64,000 nucleotides of DNA from Squalus acanthias. Taxonomy: Eukaryota. The DNA lies in assembly GCA_030390025.1 (NCBI GenBank), contig CM059449.1, forward strand, positions 32,736,001 to 32,800,000, written 5' to 3'. The notes beneath the pieces are model-generated. The model did no database searches. It saw nothing but the letters and a program-made list of their open reading frames with translations, and was not told the DNA's origin. Below, one piece after another: positions 24,965 to 37,165 of the stretch. How positions within the stretch are numbered: position 1 is the first letter of the stretch; every line of letters begins with the position of its first letter. Made by a program: the position numbers and the translations under genes.

Positions 24965-25120
24965 AATCGGGAGAGAGTGCCCTGGCAGCAAAATGGGAGA
25001 GAGCCACTTGGTAGCAAATTGAGCGATAGCGACTTGGCAGCAAAACAGGAGAGAGCGACTTGGCAACTAAATGGGAGAGAGCAACTTGGAGGCAAATTGG
25101 GCGACAGCGACTTGGCAGCC
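24965..25120. repeat. 26-bp x6 tandem repeat organised as 78-bp x2
   Basis: Units such as aaatgggagagagccacttggtagca and aattgagcgatagcgacttggcagca, in an ABC-A'B'C' pattern. Confidence 0.85.
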
Positions 25121-25494
25121 GGGCAGTCCGGAGGGCAAACAGGTCTCTCCGGTTTCATCGCCTGTGGAACTGACTGGACCCTGCATAACATTAACGGAAC
25201 GATAAGGCTACCGGCCTCCAGGGGAAGGGAGTGAGAATCGACCGCCCTTTAGGCCCGCTACTCCTGTGCACTAAACTAACTGCCTCTGAGCTACCTATAA
25301 GGGGAAGAACCATGAAAAGAGAATGAACAAGTCACTTCATTCTCTGTACTGTGCTCTGCACCTTCATCTCGGGATTGTCTAACATATGGATTTCACTCCC
25401 TAGATTACAACGGTGTTTAACCAGAACCTGAGAGGGTCAAACGCGAGTCTTGCATTGGATCCAAGAACACACTGAAATAATCATCGTGAATCCT

Positions 25495-26455
25495 AGGAAC
25501 ATATGAACATAGGAATTGGAGGAGGCCATTTAGCCCCTCGAGCCTACTCCGCCATTCAATGAGTTCCTGGCTGATCTGTGACCTAACTCCATATACCCAC
25601 CTTTGACCCATATCTCTTAATACCTGTGGTTAACAGAAAGCTATCAAGCTACGATTTAATATTAACAATTACTCTTGCATCAATTGCCGTTTGCGGCACA
25701 GTGTTCCAAACTTCTACCAGCCTTTGTGTGTAGAAGTGTTTCCTAATTTCACTGCTGAAAGATCTGGCTCTATTTTTTAGATTATGCCCCCTAGTCCTAG
25801 AATTCCCAACCAGTGGAAATAGTTTTTCTCCATATACCCTATCTGTATCACTTAATACCTTGAAAACTTCGATCAGATCATCTCTTAACCTTCTAAATTC
25901 TAGGGAATACAAACCTAATTTGTGTAATCTCTCCTCGTAACTTAACCTTTGAAGTCCGGGTATCATTTTGGTAAACCTATACTGCACTCACTGCAAGGCC
26001 AATAAGTGCTTCCTAAGGTGTGTTGCCCAGAACTGCTCACAGTACTCCAGGTGTGGTCTAACTGGGGTTTTGTATAGCTGCAGCATAACTTCTACCCCTT
26101 GTATTTTAGTCCTCTAGGTATAAAGGCCAGCATCCCATTAGTCTTTTAGATTATTGTCTGTAACTGTTGATGACATTTTAATGATCTACGTACCTGGACG
26201 CCAAAGTCTCTTTGGACCTCCACTGTTTGTAGCATTCACTATTTAGAAATTACCCTGATCTATCCGTTTTAGGTCAAAAGTGAATGACCTCACATTTACC
26301 TACAATAAAATCCATTTGCCACAGTTTTGCCCTTTCACTTAATCTGTCGATATCCCTTTGTAATTTTATGCTTCCATCTACAATGCAAACAATTTCACCT
26401 ATCTTTGTGTCGTCGGCAAATTTGGATATATGTCTTTCTATGTATTCATCTAAGT
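25495..26455 (-). mobile_element. CR1-type LINE 3' fragment
   Basis: Minus ORFs ISKFADDTKIG and FTKMIPGLQRLSYEERLHKLGLYSLEFRRLR, plus a 3' tail. Confidence 0.92.
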
Positions 26456-27388
26456 GCAATTGCTTTATTACTGAAACAACTCAATTTGCATAAACATTTC
26501 ACCCCTGACTTATATTTCAGTCACTTTATCAAAATATTACTCACTTGTTTAACATTGAAGGAACATTGTCAAATCTCATCTACAATTGCGCAAACTGGCG
26601 CTTTAGACATTACATAAAGGCGGTACGGAATAAAGGCACACCAGGGATTTAAAAACATGTTTTGTTATTATTTATACCTTCCTAATTACTACAATTGACT
26701 CCAACATTGGCCTCAGGTAGACACTCTCCACTTGTGAGTAGAAACAGTGACTGCAAACACTGTTCAATTACTGGAAACACAGCCGAGCCCCATCCTGTCC
26801 ACACACTCACATTTCACCAGCAGCATCGCCAACACAGTGGTCCGGAGCAAATCCCGAGGCCACTTCTCCCTCTGTAACTGAAGGGAGCGAAGCCAGTGTC
26901 ATACTCTGCTGCTAACACAGTGGTTACAATGGGAATGAGAATAAGACGGTTTCTATCACCGGTGGACAATCTGCAACATCGGTTTCAGGCCCCTGCGGCA
27001 AGATGAAAATCTTCGCCAGAGTCAAGTTGAAAGTTACAATATCACACAACTAAAAAGGGATTTAGGAAACCTTTTGCAGGGAACTCTCCACTTAGGCGTG
27101 GAGCAAAATGGGGAGAATTGGATCACCTGTTGTCTATAAAGGCCATTGACCTCGCTCCCGCCAGAGGTGAAAGTTCTATCGACCGGGGGTGAAATTCACC
27201 TTCAGCTGCGGCGCAAAACAGGCGGCAGCAGGTCGGCCGCTCATTACACACCCTCCCGACTTTCCTCTCCATTAAACTATACCGAAAATAACATCGTGTT
27301 GGGCGAATAACAGGCGGCTGATCGGCTGCTGCCCGTGTTGAATAATTAAGATGGAAACGAGTCTCAATTCTTTGTAGTCAGCTCTGGT

Positions 27389-30300
27389 GGGCTGGATTTT
27401 GATTCAGGGGCGGGCTGGTGCCGTGTAATCCGCATTTCGTGTTGGCCAACCGAATCTAAATCGATGTGGGAGGTTGAAGCGATTTTAACATAATTGGCCA
27501 ATTGAGTTCCAACGTGTGGGAACCCATGGCCAGTGAGTTTTTCCAGTCTGAAAGTCGCTTTCGATGACGTCTTCATTGCTGCAGCATGTAAGGTCTGCAA
27601 CAAGCCTTGCTTCCTCTGCAGACTGCCAAGCTTTTGCCTTTGCATGTTTGAGGCACCTGCAGGAAGAATGGCCAGCCAGAGACGTAGGTCTGCACCTCGA
27701 TCTGATGACGTCGCCCTGCAAGCTTTAATTGAGGGAGCCAGAGCTAATAAGGAGGTGCTGTCCCCTTCTTCAGAGAGGAAGAAGCCTTCCCATCAAACCA
27801 AGGCTGTGTGGATCCAGGTGGCAGAGGAGGTCAGCTCATTGTCCATAACCCGCAGAACCTGGCTTCAGTGCAGGAAGAGGTTTCATGACCTGCTGCGCAC
27901 TGGAAAAGTGAGTATGAATTTCACATCACCATCATTCTGATCCCCATTGTCTCTCCTTTCCAGCATTCAGCTTTGACAACCTCTTCCTCCACATCCCACT
28001 TGACACTGACATCACTGCACCCTTACCCATTCCCTCTCTCTGTATGGTCACATTCACCGAACTATTCGACTATGCAGCCCTCACACTCCCTATCGCTGTG
28101 TTGCGATGAAAACAACTTACAACACACAGGGATGGCCCATGATCTTGCCACCTCACTCCGAATTTGTCTCCTTCTAACCATCAATGATATAGATTCTCTA
28201 CACTCACTCCTTCATTCTCACTCAAACTCCACTTGTCTCCCTCATTGCAGGAAAATAAAGCTCACAATAAGAGGGAAAGAGCGAGGACAGGAGGAGAGCC
28301 ACCCTCAGTAGCCCAGCTCATCCCCTGGGTGGAGGCGGTCCTGGAGATCATGGGAGTGGAGGAGCATGCGCAAGTGGGGGATGGATAGACGGGTGCATCA
28401 GAGCAAGCTGGAGACAGAATAGTTCATCAACTGTCTCATTGACATTTCATGAGTCACTGATAAGGATTCTGATGCTCCATTAGACTGACTTCTGATCATC
28501 TGCAATATGCAATGTGCATGTAACCTTGGACTCACATATCTGACACTTTCCTTTACTCCCCCCCCAGGACAATCGCGAGCACCCATCCCCACCATCCAGG
28601 AGGAAGAGCATGAGCCTCACGACTCCTCAGAGCTGCAACCTCTGAGGTCGCCGCGTCAGCAGAATTCAGCGCACCCAGCACCAGCGCAGACACTCACACC
28701 TCGGAGGGAACATCGCGAGATAGAGTCGTGTTGTCACCTGGTGTATCACAGCTCACAAGTGAGCATCAGCAGATAGTGGAGACAGGGACAGCAGTGGAGA
28801 TTTCTAGTCGGAGGGTGCAGGACTCTCCTAGCTCGGCTCAGCTGCTTGTCGACCCTCTGCCTCTGGATCCATCCATAAGATCAGCGGTGCTGGAACTCCA
28901 GGAACAGATGCAGGAGTCTCTGGCAGATTTTGTCTCCAGGGTCGCTTCGAGTGTGGAGCGAATGGAGGAGTCCATAGCTAACATGAGCAGAAATTTTGTG
29001 GAGTCATTGGCGCATAAACGCATCACCACGGAAAGGATGGCAACCTCAGTGGAAAGGATGGCTACAGTAGAGGAGAGGATGGCTACGGCTATGGAGGAGA
29101 TAAGTCGCCAGAGTGGAGAAAACATGGTCATTGTTCAGAATAGACTGGCATCTCTTGAGGAGCGATGGTCATCTATTGAACACAGAAACCAGACCTTCAT
29201 GGAAGTCCTTCTGAGTAGGACTTCCAATGCAGATACGGGTCCCCATGGCCCCTCTGATGTGCAGCAAGGTGCTCTCAATCTACTTGCCAGCGCTTAGGTG
29301 GGGCTGCCCCATGAGAGGGATGTTGGTGGCAGACAACAAGGAAGCGGGGGCTCCTCTCCAAGCGTTCACACGACCAAGCCACTGCAAAACTCTCGGTCAG
29401 AGCCCCACCAGAGTCCTCACTCAATTGAGATCGGCGTCTCAACCCCTGCACAGCTGCAGGAGCAGCAGACTGTTGCCGAGCCCTCACAGGCTCGCAACCC
29501 CAGAGGACGCCCGCCAAAGGTGTCGAGGCAGGAGCAGCAAGAAAGTGACCAGGGGGCCTTCACATCTGCTGAAGCCACAGGGGAAGCAGCACGTAGGAGC
29601 ACGCGTGAAATAAAAATAATGCACAAGAAGTCACAAGGGTAGTTACTTGGGTGTAATGTTGTGTTTAATCTTGAAATGCCAGCACTTACTTGGTGTGATT
29701 AAAAATTCTGCTGCAAAACTGCTGAAGCTGTGGCGTCTCTCCTTTCGCAAATGGGACTTCCACATTGAGGGCTTGGGATGACTTGCAATTGTCAGTATGG
29801 TGGTCAGAGTGATCGGAATCCGCAGGTTCCTGGCCATTGTCGATGGCCTGATAAGAAGGTGCGAGGCAAAAGTGTTTGATTGTGCAGGCTAAGCACATCT
29901 GGTCAAGTGCGTCCCTTGCATCTCAGGCAGCAATGTGGTCGCGCGCTGGCGCCTTCTGGCCTGTGCAGCTTCAGGTGGGTGAGGAGCAGCTTGGCACGCC
30001 TGTTGATGCTGCTGCTGCTGGTGGTGCTGTTGTTCATGGTTCTGCTGCTGCCACGGCTAGTCTTCGTCCCAATCTGATGTCCAGGAGGAAAGGAAATAAA
30101 TGGTTCCCATGCTTCTGGTATATGCCACAGTTGAGGAAGCGCTCAGTCAAGGTGGCGAGCGGGGTTTCCCAGGAGGGTGTCAGGCTCCAAACTTCCACAG
30201 CTGTGGTTATGCCAGATAAAAGTTCCCCCAGACCTCAGACAACAAAGTCCTGCCAACTGCAAATGATGGCTGATAACATATCCTATTTCATGGTTGAGCT

Positions 30301-30624
30301 GCAGCTGATAGTCAGCAATCCAAATGTGCTACCGCCAGGTTTCACATTCGTGTTCAGCACAGGCGTGCTTCACGTGGAAAAATATTTAAAATCACAAAGC
30401 CCTTTCAAAATGGCATTAAAGAGGCAATTTAGTGCTTTTTAAGGGCCTTATCGGCCTATCCCACCTCTTGGAGGCGGGACGGAGTCGGGACCAGCAGACA
30501 CGATGTAATGAAAATTGCGTGGAGGCCGGGTGGAGGCGGGCTTGTGCCCGCCCACCAGTTTTCGCAATTTAAACCCCCCACACGCCTGCAAACCCGCCTC
30601 CACGGGTCAATGAAAATTCTGCGC
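27389..30624. mobile_element. PIF/Harbinger DNA transposon, internally deleted (Myb/SANT gene remnant retained, nuclease mostly lost)
   Basis: Imperfect TIRs gggctggatttt ... aaaattctgcgc. A spliced Myb/SANT-like gene lies on +, with a convergent short remnant on - that resembles fused nuclease N- and C-termini. Confidence 0.75.
27668..29642 (+). pseudogene. Harbinger Myb/SANT-like (trihelix) DNA-binding protein gene, disrupted
   Basis: Exon 27668-27907 reads MASQRRRSAPRSDDVALQALIE...VWIQVAEEV...RRTWLQCRKRFHDL then |gtgagt. The exon from 28251 reads ENKAHNKRERARTGGE (RxxxxTGGG-type motif) with an in-frame TAG. A downstream coiled-coil-like ORF lies at 28728-29297. Confidence 0.8.
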
Positions 30625-30635
30625 AGACTTTTCAA

Positions 30636-31940
30636 TTATTTCCCTAACCTAATAATTAGAGACAAGGGATAATTAAACAGATTCTTTAACTCCTCTCTGA
30701 ATTTAGTCTGGGACACTGCATAAATAATGGTATTTGTGCAGAAACTCAAATGTTGCAGCATATATCCAGTTTGTTCCATGATACTGAAAGGAATACTGTA
30801 CTGTAATCTGTGTGCAAATATTAAATAACAATAATTTACACATATATATATTGAATAAAACTTACCATCCATAACAGGATAAAACTGCTAGATTTGGTCA
30901 GCAGTAAAACGATGGATTTCCTTCGTTTGTCCATTTCTGGCTCACTGTCGCTGCTCCGGAGACCCCTCCTGATTCTACTTGTCAGTAGAATTTGCCTGAT
31001 GATCAGACCATTGAATATCAGAATCAAAAGAAAATGAATTAAAGGCATTAAAACTATGTCAAGCCATAAGAATGTGATCCATACAGGTAGAGTATAGAGG
31101 TTTGATTTTTTTTAATCGTGTTATGGAATGTGGGCGTCGCTGGCAAGGCCAGCATTTATTGCCCATCCCTAATTGCCCTGGAGAAGGTGGTGTTGAGACG
31201 CATTCTTGAACCGCTACGATCCGTGTGGTGAAGGAACTCCCACAGTGCTGTTAGGGAGGGAGTTCCAGGATTTTGACCCAGCGACGATGAAGGATCAGAG
31301 ATATACTTCTAAGTCAGGATGGTGAGTGACTTGGAGGGGAACGTAGAGGTGGTGGTGTTCCCACCCGCCTGCTGCCCTTGTCCTTCTAGGTGGAAGAGGT
31401 CGCGGGTTTCGGAGGTGCTGCCGAAGAAGCCTTAGCGAGTTGCTGCAGTGCATCTTATAAATGGTACACACTGCAGCCACGGTACGCCGGTGGTGGAGGG
31501 AGTGAATGTTTAAGGTGGTTCACAGACTCACGGTATATTGTCAATTATTGCGCGTGATTGTAAACTAAAGTACATTAGGAAATTTTCCAAAATGCATAGC
31601 CCCCATATCGTTGCTACAACCACTGCCGCAGTTTTTCCGGTGTAATATTGGGTTCTTATTCTTTGGCAACAAATGGCGACAAATTGATCAAAGGTGAAAG
31701 CGACAGTTAACCAGACAGCACATTCAGGAGAAGAAAAAATCAGGAAGAAATTCAGACTGCAGACCGGAGTGTACTTCAGGAATGATTTCGAGAAATAACT
31801 TGCTTTCATCTCATACAGGACCTCGCCAATATCAGGACCAGTAAGTAGATCGTCTGCTGCCACGGCCACCAGATAAATAGTGATGCATTCGGAGAGGCCG
31901 CACTTTCCACGCGATAGAATCACAATTATCACCAAGTTGG
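30636..31940 (-). pseudogene. GPR139/GPR142-like class A GPCR pseudogene (main exon), LINE-interrupted
   Basis: Acceptor ttgcag|cc aac ttg. Translates ANLVIIVILSRGKCGLS...FTFDQFVAICC...RRKSIVLLL...CTNTIIYAVSQTKFREELK. It has Trp->TGA at 31528-31530, further stops and a frameshift near 30800-30840, and a LINE at ~31106-31520. Confidence 0.9.
31106..31520 (-). mobile_element. 3' end of a second LINE family (CR1/L2 group), inserted in the GPCR coding exon
   Basis: Minus frame AAVCTIYKMHCSNS...PRPLPPRRTR, near-identical to 57670-58342. The A-rich tail abuts the GPCR sequence. Confidence 0.85.
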
Positions 31941-32819
31941 CTGCAAGTGCGAGAATGGATAAATAAATCACGATTATGGACATCAAAAGCAATCCGATCA
32001 AAAAAAAGTGTAATCATTAACGCTGATTTTCCCTTCACTCAAATCATTCACTCTCTTTGCCACCTAGACGTGGGAATCCTGAGGATGCCGAACTATTTAT
32101 CCAACCACGCCACATCCTTTGTTGCCTGTGTAGCCTCAAAGGAATATATTGGCTCCAACATTGCGATCGGTGGCGGAGCTCGGAGTACAAACTTACCTTG
32201 TGGTAGGCCCAGAACGGAAACTTGCTTTCGGCGCAGCAGAGCTGTGCGCAGCGTATGACATCACAAAGGGCAGGTGAGCAACGTGCAGCCTGTGCGTAAC
32301 GGAAGATACGCCCACAAAACGTGTAAAGACTAAGCCACGCCCACATAAACTGCTTTCTGCCTCTTCCATCGAAATTACATCTTAAAAACTTTTAGAAACT
32401 TTTCTTTTACTTAAAATGTCACTTGGACTTGTTTCGTTTATCAGCATTTTGCTGTATTTCTTCATTCAAACTCACAATTTAGTAGTCGCTATTTATACAG
32501 CTTCCTGTTCTGATACTCAGTAAAGATCTAACACTGGTATAAGTAATGTTGTTGAACTTCAGATAGAGATTCCCAGCCATATATTCAATGTAAACTTTCA
32601 GGCTTAAAATATATTATTCAGACCTCATTTAGACTGTGAATAGATAAATCAATGTTCTTGTTATCGATGCATTATATTGCTTGTTATGTTGTTCATGTTT
32701 TAGCTGAAAGGACAGAATTGTCACTGAAATCTGATAGATGTTCACTTTATTTCAATTTCATATTCACTTTCCAATTAATTAAAATTAAACTCGACCGACA
32801 ATATATACACACATATATC

Positions 32820-33536
32820 GGGCCGTATTTTGCGACACCCACGGGTGCGAACGATGTGTGCGCGCGCCCGTAGGGGCAGCGCAAGTGCCGGATTTAGACA
32901 TGCGCTAAAACCCGGCACTTGCGATGTGTCAAGAATCAGATTTTCCGCGTCCTGGGGAGATGGGACTCTGCGGGTGGAGAGTCGCGCTATTTGCCCAACT
33001 TCCACCCGCTGAAAGGCCGTGGAATTCTTACGCCTGGTATAAGCATAAGAGTTTCAAAAAATAGAAAAATAAAATGTTATCGCTCACTTATACATTAAAA
33101 ACCTTGTCCAATAAGGTAAGTTTATTTTTAGCCCCGTTAAAACAGATAATTTCTTTAAAAAAAATTCAATTTTTGTGTAAAATATTTAATTATATGGCAT
33201 TTTATTTAATTTTATATAAGTATTTTAAAAAATTTATTTCCCGCGTTCGTGTATTTTTTAAGTCATCCCCATTCATACTTATGACAGTTCAGTACGTACC
33301 GAACTGTTAGAAGTATGAATGGGGATTCCCTTCTTTCATTGGTTGGGATGGCCCAGATGATCCCAGGGGCGCTTTCGAACCGCATGAGCCCCTGGGATAC
33401 GTTGGCTTCTTCGCATCTCTACCAGGAGAGGCCCAGGATCACAAGCCTCCGTATCTCCTGGACATCCAGGTAAATGCGTAGAAAAGTTGATGATCGGTGC
33501 ATCCCGCGCGAAGCCTCCGATCGCAAATTCAGGCCC
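32820..33536 (+). mobile_element. ~720-bp GGGCC-ended MITE (copy A)
   Basis: Ends gggccgtatttt / gcaaattcaggccc, GC-rich subterminal hairpins and an AT-rich core. Homologous to 51084-51670. Confidence 0.8.
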
Positions 33537-33629
33537 GACGTCTTTTAAGATGTAAAACAGACTCCTGTGCCTGCTTTCACTAACCAGGATATTTTCAGAT
33601 GTAATTGCTGGGCAGTTGGTGGGCAGTAA

Positions 33630-34261
33630 CCGGAGGTCCCGATACTTCCGCTTTTGGGCCTCTCCTCTACGAAATGCGCAGTGGCCCAGGTATCCCTGGG
33701 GCGCATGCGGTTCGTTAGTGTCCCTGGGATCACGAGGGCCATGGCGAACCAATGAAAGAAGAGAATCCCCCTTCATATTTTTGATAGGTCTCTCCGCCGA
33801 GATCTGTCAAAGGTATGAATGGGGATCACCTTAAAAAACAGAATAAACATTAAATGCATTTTTTTTAAATCACATATTTAAAATTAGGTAAAGTTACATT
33901 AAATTACATTTTTGGAAAAAAATAATGAAAGTTTTCTACTGGCCTAAAAATAAACTTAACATTTTTAAAATTATTTTTAACTTAAAAATGAATGATTTTT
34001 TTATTGTTTTACTTTATTAAACTCTTTCGCTGGTAAAAGCAGGTCTTCTGCAGGCGTAAGATGTTTAAAGGTTTTCAGTGGGCGGAGGTTCTGCAGAAAG
34101 CGGATCTCTCTACCCGCAGAGACCCTTCTCCAGGCCAGGCGCAGGATCTCCAAGAGAATTCTTAACAGATCGGAAGTGCCGGTTTTCAGCGCATGCGCTT
34201 CGCATGCCTGAAACCGGCACTTGCCAGGCCCCTACGGGCGTGGGGTCGGAAAATACGGCCC
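33630..34261 (-). mobile_element. GGGCC-ended MITE (copy B), inverted relative to copy A and truncated
   Basis: The right end aaaatacggccc is the reverse complement of the copy A left end. Shares the gaagtgccgg...gcatgcg...ccggcactt hairpin. Confidence 0.8.
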
Positions 34262-36338
34262 ATTGAAACTTCTCGCAGTGTGGTATCCTGGTGCTGACGC
34301 TTATCAGTTAAGTTTCTGAGTGGGACGTTGTTCTGGTCTAATATGGTATCAAAATATTTCAAACTGGTTTGTAGGGCATCTACACATAGCCCGAGAATCA
34401 TTCCGCTCCACACCTCGGCAGCGGGATTCATGAAATGTACCAGATTTGCGCTCTATTAAATATTGTACATTGTAATTAGCAGAAAGGTAGGTATTCCGAT
34501 ATGACTTGTATTATCACTTTAATCAATTTTCAGCAGTTGGTTCTCTTGGAATGCTGCTGTCAAATCTAAAAACAACCTGGGGCGATTGTTAAAGGAACCA
34601 GTGATGAGACACGGATTGCTGGCGCTGCATCGGCGGTGCACAGGGAGTATATTACACACATATACAGCTTCCGAGTTTGCTGCAGTGTAATGGCCCACAC
34701 TGGGGAGTCATCGGCAAACTGTTTTTTCTCATCTATCCTGAAAAGAATAAAAACTGCGAGCTCGGCCTTACCCGTTCACGGTGGGATTCTAACACTTGGT
34801 CGAGGCACAAGGGTTCGGGTTTGACTTTCGGCGCCAGTGTAAAAGGAATGATATCGGATGGACCGCCCGTTATACACTCCTCCCGAAGCTTAATTTCATT
34901 GAGGCCAAAGATAAACTGACCCCAGGAAGCTGGATTTTATTCTGAATTGGAGTCCCTTTTGTGCTAAAGACTCGGTAAAATGGAGCAGTAATGGGCTCCG
35001 CCTCTACTACCTCCTGTGAGGCATCTGATAGTCTTTAAATAGTGAAAGCGCGGGTGGAAACCCCGTGCATTGTGCGGTAGCTTTAACTTTGGACCGCAGT
35101 GTAAATTGAGCGATATGGGATTCACCGCCCATTATACGCCAGGCCTGATTTCCCTTTCCATTCAAGTGATGGAAGTAAAAATAGGGCAGGACCTATAATT
35201 AGCGGACAGTTCGATATCACCCATTTTACATTATCACCCAAAGTTAACAGGACTCCCATTATCCGCAACAATTGCCCCAAACGCGATCCTTCTTGTCACC
35301 AGCACCATATAAGGGCGATATTACCTGCAGACTGGTTCCCTGAGGCCATCCCACATTGAGCAGGCCGTTATGATTGCTGCAGCTGTAGTTTGCTGTTACA
35401 TTTACCGCCTGTTGATTTTAGCTCCTTTGCTCATGTTGAACCAAGCCTGTAATGAAGTTTGGAACTGATTGGTCGAGGCGGAACCCAAACTGAGCATGGG
35501 TGAGCAGGTTATTGGTGAGTAAGTGCTGCTTGTTAGCACTTTTGACGAAACTTTCCATCACTTTGCTGATGATTGAGAGTAGACCGAATGGGCGGTAATT
35601 GGCCGCATTGGATTGTCCTGCTTTTAGTGGATAGAACATACCCGGGCAGTTTTCCACATTGTCGGGTACATGCCAGTGATGTAGCTGTACTGGAACTGCT
35701 CGGCTAGAGGCACGGCTAGTTCCAGAGAATAGCAGGATAGCGAGATGTTGTCGGGGCCCATAGCCTTTGCTGTATTCAGTACACTCAGCTGCTTATTGAT
35801 ATCACGTGGAGTGAATCGAATTCGCTGAAGACTGTCTTCTTTGAAGGTGCGGATATCAATAGGAGACCGAGATGAATCTTCCACTCGACAATTCTGGCTG
35901 AAGATGGTTGCAAACGCTTCAGCCTTGTCTTTTGCACTCACGTCTTCAAAAGACAGGATTGAATACTAAGTGTCGATTAAGATTATTACAGTATTACACG
36001 ATACATTGCAATCATTGAGGATGGGGAACTTCTGGGAAGCTCCTCTCCCATTATTTGTTTAATTGCCCACCACCATTCACGACTGGATGTGGCAGGACTG
36101 CAGAGCTTTCTTCTGGTCCGTTGATTGTGGGATCGGTTAGCCCTGTGTATAGCCCGCTGCTTCCGCTGTTTAGCATGCATGTAGTCTGTGTTGCAACTGC
36201 CACAATTTGGCATCTCATTTTTAGGTACGCCTAGTGCTGCTCCTGGCATGCTCTTCTGCACACTTCATTGAAGCAGGGTTGGTCTCCTGGCTTGATGATA
36301 ATTGTAGAGTGAAATATATACCTGCCCATGAGGTTACA

Positions 36339-37165
36339 AAAATGAGAAGTCGCACAACACCAGGTTATAGTCCAACAGATTTATTTAAAATTACAAGCTT
36401 TCGGAGCTGTCGCCCCTTCCTCAGGTAAAGTTACAATGAGTGAATCTACAATATTTCACAGTATATAAACACAGAAACTGCAGAGATACAATCTTTCAGG
36501 GAAGGTGTCCTTACATCAAAGACACACCAAGAGCACAGCCAAGACAATGAGATGTGTAACAGGGGGTCCAACTTGTCAAATCCTGCTGTCTGCAGTTTTT
36601 TTTGTGTTTGTTTTTTTGTGTTTTTTTTTAAAACTGGAAAGTCAGACAACGATGTCGAGTCACGTTCTGCAGGTTAGCGTTCTCCAAGGCGGCCTTCGAG
36701 ACACACGACAACGCAAAATCATCGAGCAAAAACTGATAGCCAAGTTCTGCACCCATGAGGACGGCCTCAATAGGGGTATCGGGTTCATGTCACGCTACAG
36801 TACGTGACTCGACATCGTTTTCTGCCTTTCCAGTTTAAAAAAAAACACTAAAAAACAGACCCCCCAAAAAAACTGCAGACAGCAGGATTTGACACGTTGG
36901 ACACCCTGTGACACATCTCATTGTCTTGGCTGTGCTCTTGGTGTTCCTTTGATGTAAGGACACCTTCCCTGAAAGATTGTATCTCTGCAGTTTCTGTGTT
37001 TATATACTGTGAAATATTGTAGATTCACTCATTGTAACTTTACCTCAGGAAGGGGGCGACAGCTCTGAAAGCTTGTAATTTTATATAAATCTGTTGGACT
37101 ATAACCTGGTGTTGTGCGACTTCTCATTTTTGTCCACCCCAGTCCAACGCCGGCATCTCCGCATG
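36339..37165 (+). mobile_element. Penelope-like element insertion: inverted pLTR, GIY-YIG C-terminal remnant, pLTR and tail, with 11-bp TSD
   Basis: Arms 36339-36665 and 36802-37132 are reverse complements. The spacer encodes VSVLQGGLRDTRQRKIIEQKLIAKFCTHEDGLNRGIGF (GIY-YIG-type C-terminus with E...GLN). The TSD atgaggttaca is at 36328-36338 and 37166-37176. Confidence 0.85.
36391..36428 (-). ncRNA. Minimal type I hammerhead ribozyme motif of the Penelope pLTR (intact core)
   Basis: The minus strand reads UUAC-CUGAGGA-A-GGGGC(GACA)GCUCC-GAAA-GC-UU-GUAA: CUGANGA and GAAA boxes, 5-bp stem II, palindromic AGCU stem III and 4-bp stem I (UUAC/GUAA). Confidence 0.7.

Noticed and set aside
26690-26920. 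Possible ancient SINE fragment (cacagccgagccccatcctgtcc...)
   Set aside because: The resemblance is from memory only and too decayed to assign a family or boundaries.
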